DNA of 64,000 bases from Nitrosopumilaceae archaeon (GTDB lineage: Archaea; Thermoproteota; Nitrososphaeria; Nitrososphaerales; Nitrosopumilaceae): positions 352,001 through 416,000 of the forward strand of contig OZ242274.1 of assembly GCA_965207375.1 (NCBI GenBank), given 5' to 3'. Position 1 is the first letter of the stretch; each line of letters starts with the position of its first letter. Under the pieces are notes generated by a model, which did not search any database, was not told the DNA's origin, and was given only the letters and a program-made list of their open reading frames with translations. This document shows positions 58,268 through 64,000 of this stretch, in pieces. The translations under genes and the position numbers were made by a program.

Positions 58268-60523
58268 TTACATCTTTCCGATCTTGTGCATTTTAGTATC
58301 ACATATAGAACAGGTGCCCCTTACTGCAGGTTTGTCGTTTTTCATTGTGGTAGATTCGGGATTTGCCATTTCCTGTTTGGAGCGACACCGGACACAATAG
58401 CCAATGACAGTCACATCTGATTGTTTATTTTCTAGATCGGCTATTTGTTTTTCTAATTTTTTGATTCTTTGTATTTGTGCTTTTGTTGGAGGATCATCTG
58501 CGTTGGTGTTTCCAATCTTGAACATGTTGGTTCCACAGACGTGACATGTTCCCTTTATTGCACCACGTCCATTTTTCATTGTGGTAGATTCGGGATTTGA
58601 CATGTTTTGTTTTTGTTTGCACTTTACACAGTAAGCAATAACATCAGAGACTTTTTGTTTTTCTTCAAGTTCTGCAATTTTTCTTTCAAGCTCTTTGACT
58701 AGTGCAATTTGTTCAGGGGTGGGTTCCTGTGCATCGATTATCCTCTTTTCAATTGCATTTAGTTTGTCCATTTGTCTGCGTAATTTTTCAATTAATATAG
58801 ATTCCACATCTACATCTGCGATTTCGCCGATCTGCTCTTCTAGCTTTTCTAGTTGTTCAATTTGTTGTTTGGATGTTTGCTCAAACTTTTCAATGATTTT
58901 ATCTGTTGTTTCTGGCTCAGTTTTTGATGCAACTGCTATAGTCTCTAATTCTTTGACTTGATTTGTTAATTCTGAAATCTTTTCATACTGTTTAGCTAAA
59001 TCATCGTCGTGTTTGGTAACAGCAGGCTCGGGTTCTATATCTTGAGGTTGTGATTTTTCAAATGGGATGTCAACTTGGCTGGTTGCAGGTAGTGCAGCGT
59101 GCGGAGATTCAGGCTCGGCCTCGGTAGGTTTTGTTAATACATCCGGCGGTACTAATTGCTCTACAGTATCGTCCTCAATTGTTTCACTCTGTTGGATAAC
59201 TTCTTCTAGCTGCTTTTCTAATTCGTCAAATCTTGCCAATTGTTCGGGAGTTGGGTCTTTATCTTCGTCATCATCATCAAAGTCCATTACATCTCCTTCA
59301 GAGTTTGTAATTTCAGCATCTGTGGCTTTAGGAGGCTGTTGCTGTTCAAACGGCACATCAATTTCTCCTGTTGCAGGCAAAGTTCCATGAGGAGAGGATG
59401 ATGATTTTTCTGTAACTTTGGCAGGTTCTGACTCTGGAGTCACATCATCTACAATTTGTCTAAATTCAGTCTCACTAATTCCAACTGCCTGATACATGGT
59501 ATATTCAGGATAATTTCGATTGAACCATTCTTTGTATTTGGGTTCATTTATGAATCGTTTAACATAATACTGTACATCTTTTGTGGGATCTACAAAGCTC
59601 AAAATTCTAGTTTCTGGTTCAGGCTCTACAGTTTTCTCAAGTTGTGCTTTCTTGGGAGGTGCATCAGCTTTGTCTACAGGCAGTGTGTCTTGAGATTCAG
59701 GCTTTATAGAATCAGCTGGTGCTTCTTTGGGTTGTGATTTTTCAAATAGGATATCAACTTGTCCGGTTGCAGGCAGTGCCGAGTGTGGCGATGTTGTAGA
59801 TTTGGGGGATTTTACAGCTTTGTGTTTTTGCTGCCTAGCCTGTTTTTTGAGGATTTCATCCTGTATAGCCTGCTCCTTTGCAGCTTGTCTTGCAAGATCT
59901 TCTTGCTTTCTTTGTTCTTCTAATCGCTTGAGATAGTCTTTCTCATAAATTTCGAAAAGATCTTGTTTTGATTTTGATTCTGTAACTTTGGCCGGTTCAG
60001 GTGGCGATATATCATCTGGAGGAGCAAGTTCAGGTTGTATGTCTTCAAATGGAATGTTGATTTCTCCGGGAGCAGGTAATGCATCACGAATTAATTTGGG
60101 TACGTCTGGTGCAGGTTCAGGTTCTGGCTCAGGTGTAGGTATTTCAGGTTTTGGGATCTCAATGTTAGTTTTTTTTTCACTTGGTGTTGTGTCACTTATC
60201 GGAGGTTGTTTTTTTTTATTGTAATCAATACTTGAAAGCTCACCCAAATTATCCAAGTTTACGCGGTTCTTGTCGATTCGAAGATACGGGTTTCCATCTA
60301 CAGAATACAGATTTACCTTTTGTCCTAGTGTACAAGAGTCAGATGTCTTGAAAATTGTGACAAAGGTCTTGCCTTTTCTGATATTGTGAGTTATAGTTAG
60401 TTTGTCCATTAATTGTTCTGGACCCATTACACCGTCTAGATCCTCATGTACCTCGACTTCTATGATATGCCGGTTTTGGTTGTATGATACTGCTGAAATT
60501 AAATAATCAGCCCATTTTGTCAT
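58268..60523 (-). CDS. Mosaic protein: DUF3892-like N-terminus, acidic repeat linker, coiled coils, two DUF5679-like zinc ribbons
   Basis: KWADYLISAV.Y...YLRID..DNLGEL; AYCVKCK..KNGR.A.KGTC..CGT.M.KIG x2. Confidence 0.8.
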   Translation of the reverse strand: MTKWADYLISAVSYNQNRHIIEVEVHEDLDGVMGPEQLMDKLTITHNIRKGKTFVTIFKTSDSCTLGQKVNLYSVDGNPYLRIDKNRVNLDNLGELSSIDYNKKKQPPISDTTPSEKKTNIEIPKPEIPTPEPEPEPAPDVPKLIRDALPAPGEINIPFEDIQPELAPPDDISPPEPAKVTESKSKQDLFEIYEKDYLKRLEEQRKQEDLARQAAKEQAIQDEILKKQARQQKHKAVKSPKSTTSPHSALPATGQVDILFEKSQPKEAPADSIKPESQDTLPVDKADAPPKKAQLEKTVEPEPETRILSFVDPTKDVQYYVKRFINEPKYKEWFNRNYPEYTMYQAVGISETEFRQIVDDVTPESEPAKVTEKSSSSPHGTLPATGEIDVPFEQQQPPKATDAEITNSEGDVMDFDDDDEDKDPTPEQLARFDELEKQLEEVIQQSETIEDDTVEQLVPPDVLTKPTEAEPESPHAALPATSQVDIPFEKSQPQDIEPEPAVTKHDDDLAKQYEKISELTNQVKELETIAVASKTEPETTDKIIEKFEQTSKQQIEQLEKLEEQIGEIADVDVESILIEKLRRQMDKLNAIEKRIIDAQEPTPEQIALVKELERKIAELEEKQKVSDVIAYCVKCKQKQNMSNPESTTMKNGRGAIKGTCHVCGTNMFKIGNTNADDPPTKAQIQRIKKLEKQIADLENKQSDVTVIGYCVRCRSKQEMANPESTTMKNDKPAVRGTCSICDTKMHKIGKM

Positions 60524-60824
60524 TTAAAATTTAGGCAATAAAGTAGTAAATAAGCGCTAATGTCCACAGAGAGAATCGGTGAGGAATTTTGCATGATTTT
60601 GTGCATGTAAAGTTCACTCTGATTGGAAAAATTAGAAAATAGAGCAACGAGTTGACCTTGCAAAGTTGCATGTGTAAAAATATCAAAATCTATGAATTGT
60701 ACATCCAATTCATACCACCATGATATTCCAAAAAATCTAACAGTTACAAAGCAGATTTTGCCATAAAGCAGCAGATCCCCGTATAACGCAAAGCTATAAT
60801 TCAGTATCAATCTGTGACAAATTA

Positions 60825-61190
60825 TTGGACATTGAGGTACAGCCATGGAAGAAGCTGGTAATTCACGAGGTCATAGAATACAAGTTTGAGGAATGGGCAA
60901 ACCAGATAGCATTTAATGCAAAATCATCAGGAGGAGGAATTCCAACCATGCAATGGGCAGAAGGAATAGTATTTTCTCCTGCAAACTTTCCCACTACAAA
61001 TGAAGTAATGAAGGAGCAGCTTGCAGGAACCCTGCACTGGTCATCAGTATCATTTGCAATCAAGGAAAAATTTGAAAAGCAAATTGTTCAAGATAATGCA
61101 ACAATCAACCTAATGGATGTAAGTGTAAACCAGATTTTTAAGGATTTAGCTATAAAACTCAAGGCCGAATCAAAATACAAGACACAATAA
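60825..61190 (+). CDS. Hypothetical protein
   Basis: QPWKKLVIHEV...MQWAEGIVF; TTG start. Confidence 0.75.
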   Translation: MDIEVQPWKKLVIHEVIEYKFEEWANQIAFNAKSSGGGIPTMQWAEGIVFSPANFPTTNEVMKEQLAGTLHWSSVSFAIKEKFEKQIVQDNATINLMDVSVNQIFKDLAIKLKAESKYKTQ

Positions 61191-61195
61191 CCAAA

Positions 61196-61687
61196 ATGTC
61201 TCATGAATTTCTCAAAATAATCTATGATGCTCCAATCATGTGGAGGAGAATCAACTCTATTGGAATAATTTTAGATTGCAATACAGAATATGCCTCAAGT
61301 CTAGGTTATGCAAAAAGCGAAGTCATTGGAAAAACAGTTTTTGAACATGTTCCATCAAGTGCAAGGGAATCAATGAATGAATCTCTAAAATCATGGTTTG
61401 AAACAGGAGAGGTTCAAGATAAAAAGCTAATATTCAAAAAACATGATGGTACAGAATTTGAGGTCATATTAGATGCAACTAGTATCTATGACAGTGAAAA
61501 CAATCTACTTGGAAGCAATACGGTAATATTTGCAAAAAACACAGATGAACAAAAAATCAGAGGATTTTTAATAAAAGCAAAAGACATGCTTGATTCAATG
61601 AATTTCTCATATGATACATTTGATGAGAATACAAAAAGAGAATTTGACGGAATGAAAAATATGATAGAAAAACTATTGAAAAAATAA
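61196..61687 (+). CDS. Stand-alone PAS domain protein
   Basis: G.ILDCN..YASSLGYAKSEVIGK and KKHDGTEFEV motifs. Confidence 0.88.
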   Translation: MSHEFLKIIYDAPIMWRRINSIGIILDCNTEYASSLGYAKSEVIGKTVFEHVPSSARESMNESLKSWFETGEVQDKKLIFKKHDGTEFEVILDATSIYDSENNLLGSNTVIFAKNTDEQKIRGFLIKAKDMLDSMNFSYDTFDENTKREFDGMKNMIEKLLKK

Positions 61688-61692
61688 GATTT

Positions 61693-62097
61693 CTATTTTT
61701 GTGGCCACATGGAATTCCAAGTGTCTGCAAACTTTTTCATCATCTCGCCGTAGGCCTTCATTTGTTCAAGACCCCCATCAGATGTTGATTTTTGCCAAGA
61801 CTCTGCAAATTGTTTAAAGCCTGTATCAGGCTTGCTTGTTGCCTGTTGCCAATATTCTTCAAATTCCTTTACTGAGTTTAAACCTGCATCACTCATTGCT
61901 TTTTGCCAATTCTTGCCAAACTGCTTCATTGTTTCCATGTTAGATTCGTTGGAGGCTTTTTCCATGACTGCGTTGAATTTTTGCTGCAGCTCAGAATTGG
62001 CTTTTAGAACCTCATCGAAAATTTTTCTCCAGTTTTCAAGAGAGTTACTATATTCCTTCCATAGTTTGTCCCATTCGTTGATACTTTCATTTGACAT
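61693..62097 (-). CDS. Trp-rich amphipathic helical repeat protein
   Basis: Repeated K.F...WQ...S unit. Confidence 0.75.
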   Translation of the reverse strand: MSNESINEWDKLWKEYSNSLENWRKIFDEVLKANSELQQKFNAVMEKASNESNMETMKQFGKNWQKAMSDAGLNSVKEFEEYWQQATSKPDTGFKQFAESWQKSTSDGGLEQMKAYGEMMKKFADTWNSMWPQK

Positions 62098-62143
62098 GCA
62101 AAATAGATAGAGTCTATTCCAATTAAACTAATCGTGGTTTTTT

Positions 62144-62737
62144 GCATACGGTCACAATCTGAAATATTGAATTTGGATCAGATTTATAATCGACAAAAAT
62201 TAAGATGCAAATCAGGCAACAATGGACAGAAAGTATAACGAATCTTTGCGTTGGTACTTTACTCCTACAGGAGGCGGTACGAAGCATGGTTTAAACCATG
62301 CAGGTCAAGAATCATTCCAGATCTGACAAGGCACTGTATGTGCTATGACCCGATAGGGGAGGCGATGCAATTCGGAAAATACCCTGACATGCATGGAACA
62401 ATTGTCTGTGACGATCACAAACAGGACAGGGCATATGACATACAGAAATGTTTAGCACACATCATGTGTGAGATGCCTTCCTGAGACACAAAAATGCAGA
62501 TGTAAAAAGTGCCTAGATGCGCTATAAACCCTCAAGGTACTATATGCAAATGATGCCAGAACGTGCACTGCACGAGATTGTGGTACACGCAAAATATGAG
62601 ACATAATAAGATCTAAAAAATATGGAAACTTTGGACAATTTGTTTTCATATGTGATGACGTGGAGAAATGTCTGATTCAACTATTTGGAAGAGATGATAA
62701 AATATCTCTAGATGAAAAGATTCAGGTTAACACTTGC
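62144..62737 (+). pseudogene. Degenerate, internally deleted IS66 relic
   Basis: GTIVCDD...DIQKCLAHIMCE and METLDNLFSYVMTWRNV*FNYLEEMIKYL* align to 2190-3560 (ITCDG..IQRCNAHLIRE; MERRGNLYTCVTTWKN..DYLAELVRYI*); ends approximate. Confidence 0.75.
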
Positions 62738-62758
62738 AAAAAATATGAAAAATGACGC

Positions 62759-63178
62759 TTAGATTTTTCTAAGAATGTCTGCCTTTTTGGCTTGAAACTC
62801 TTTGTCGGTAATTATTCCTTTTTTGTGAAGGGCTGCAAGTTTTTCTAAAATCTCTAGACTTTGTTCTGGGGAATATGCCAACTTTTTGGCAGAGCTTACG
62901 CCATGAGACACAGTATCAGATGCCTGCTTTAGAATTTCAGAACCTTTCTCGGTTGCAATTTTTCTAAGAACGTCTGACTGTTGTTTTGCAATCTCGGTTT
63001 GGGCCCTGAGTTTATCAATTACCTTTTTAGAATTTTTGGCATTGAATCTTTTCTGATATTCGTTCATAATAAGAACTGGAAAAGCGGTCCATTCTAGATC
63101 CTGATAGTATCGCTTTATCTGAGAGTCATTCATGTCTTTGAGCATTTTTTTAAAAGATGCCTCAGTTTTTTCTACCAA
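62759..63178 (-). CDS. SHOCT-domain protein
   Basis: C-terminal LEKLAALHKKGIITDKEFQAKKADIL. Confidence 0.85.
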   Translation of the reverse strand: MVEKTEASFKKMLKDMNDSQIKRYYQDLEWTAFPVLIMNEYQKRFNAKNSKKVIDKLRAQTEIAKQQSDVLRKIATEKGSEILKQASDTVSHGVSSAKKLAYSPEQSLEILEKLAALHKKGIITDKEFQAKKADILRKI

Positions 63179-63196
63179 TGATTCTCATAGATCGTA

Positions 63197-64000
63197 CTAG
63201 TATTTGAAATAATCTTTGAGTTTGTATTTGTCTATTTTAGGAATCTTGGCAAGCTCAAATCCTTCTGGTCTCTTGTCAAGTGGACGTGTTGCATCAATGC
63301 CCATTTTTGCGGTTCTAAGCTTTTTCTGGTCACTGGAAGGATCTAGACTGGATCCACGCACATTTTTAATAATAACTAGGTCTTGGTCTGCCTGGAATCT
63401 GGTTGCCATGGCATATTCTACGGCTTTGGCACTGTTTGGATCAATATCATCATCAACTATTGTAACCTGCTTTAGGGAACGATGAGTCTCAAATGCCTTT
63501 TTGATTAGATTTTTGCCGTCATCATGAGATCTCTTTTTGATTTGAACTACAGCGTGCAGCCAGTTACATCCACCGTCAGTCATAGATACAGTCTGTGTCT
63601 GTGGATATGCCTTTTTGATTTCTCCATATAGTTTTGATTCAATTGGCATTCCCATCAAAAGTCGATGCTCGGTGTATCCCGATAAGATATCGTGAAATAT
63701 CGGATCGTTTCTATAGTATAGATTTTCAAGCTCAAATACGGGCTGATCTCTGGGATCATCATATGTCTGAAGCATTTCAACCATCCATTCCTGATGAGTC
63801 CTGTTTCTTAGAATTTTGCCTTCCATTACAATTTCAGCATTCGAAGGCACATTGATTTGAGAGTACGGGGTTTTATACAGAGTAAGCTTGCCTCCAAGCA
63901 AAGAGTTTGCAATGTCTAGCTCGTCTTTTCCCCAGTCATATTGATAGGCTCCAGCAATAGATATTGCAGGGTGAACTCCTACTGTAATTGCAACCCGGAG
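63197..64000 (-). CDS. UbiD-family prFMN decarboxylase, 3' part (frame runs off the window end)
   Basis: VP.NAEIVMEG, IVDDDIDP, SLDPS and KMGIDAT motifs; frame open to 64000. Confidence 0.92.
   Translation of the reverse strand, partial: LRVAITVGVHPAISIAGAYQYDWGKDELDIANSLLGGKLTLYKTPYSQINVPSNAEIVMEGKILRNRTHQEWMVEMLQTYDDPRDQPVFELENLYYRNDPIFHDILSGYTEHRLLMGMPIESKLYGEIKKAYPQTQTVSMTDGGCNWLHAVVQIKKRSHDDGKNLIKKAFETHRSLKQVTIVDDDIDPNSAKAVEYAMATRFQADQDLVIIKNVRGSSLDPSSDQKKLRTAKMGIDATRPLDKRPEGFELAKIPKIDKYKLKDYFKY

Overview
AT-rich archaeal chromosome segment. Gene content and order point to an ammonia-oxidising Nitrososphaerota (Nitrosopumilaceae-like): thermosome, rpl44e-rps27e, heme-copper oxidase cluster with blue-copper proteins, cobalamin cob/cbi operon, F420-linked enzymes and MptE/FolP. 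This is inference from protein sequences, not a database result. Most of the window is housekeeping backbone with three tRNAs (Val-TAC, Lys-CTT, Arg-TCG), interrupted by many IS elements. The most informative locus is 1-5434, where an HNH endonuclease gene has been hit by two IS66 elements. An intact IS1111-type IS110 recombinase element (3650-5070) then inserted at the last base of the second IS66's terminal inverted repeat. Removing it restores a perfect 12-bp TIR, an 8-bp target duplication and an in-frame HNH domain. Its downstream non-coding region holds a stem/internal loop whose two strands match opposite strands of the element's own circle junction, a candidate archaeal bridge/seek-RNA donor-binding loop. 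Other points: a NikR-like regulator with an altered metal site facing a Zn-ABC operon, a MITE-flanked cargo segment, a membrane protein with two PmoC/AmoC-type D-x3-H-x12-H motifs, a candidate structured ncRNA, two unannotated Cys-rich microproteins, and a MazG-like/HNH pair. No CRISPR array or rRNA was seen.
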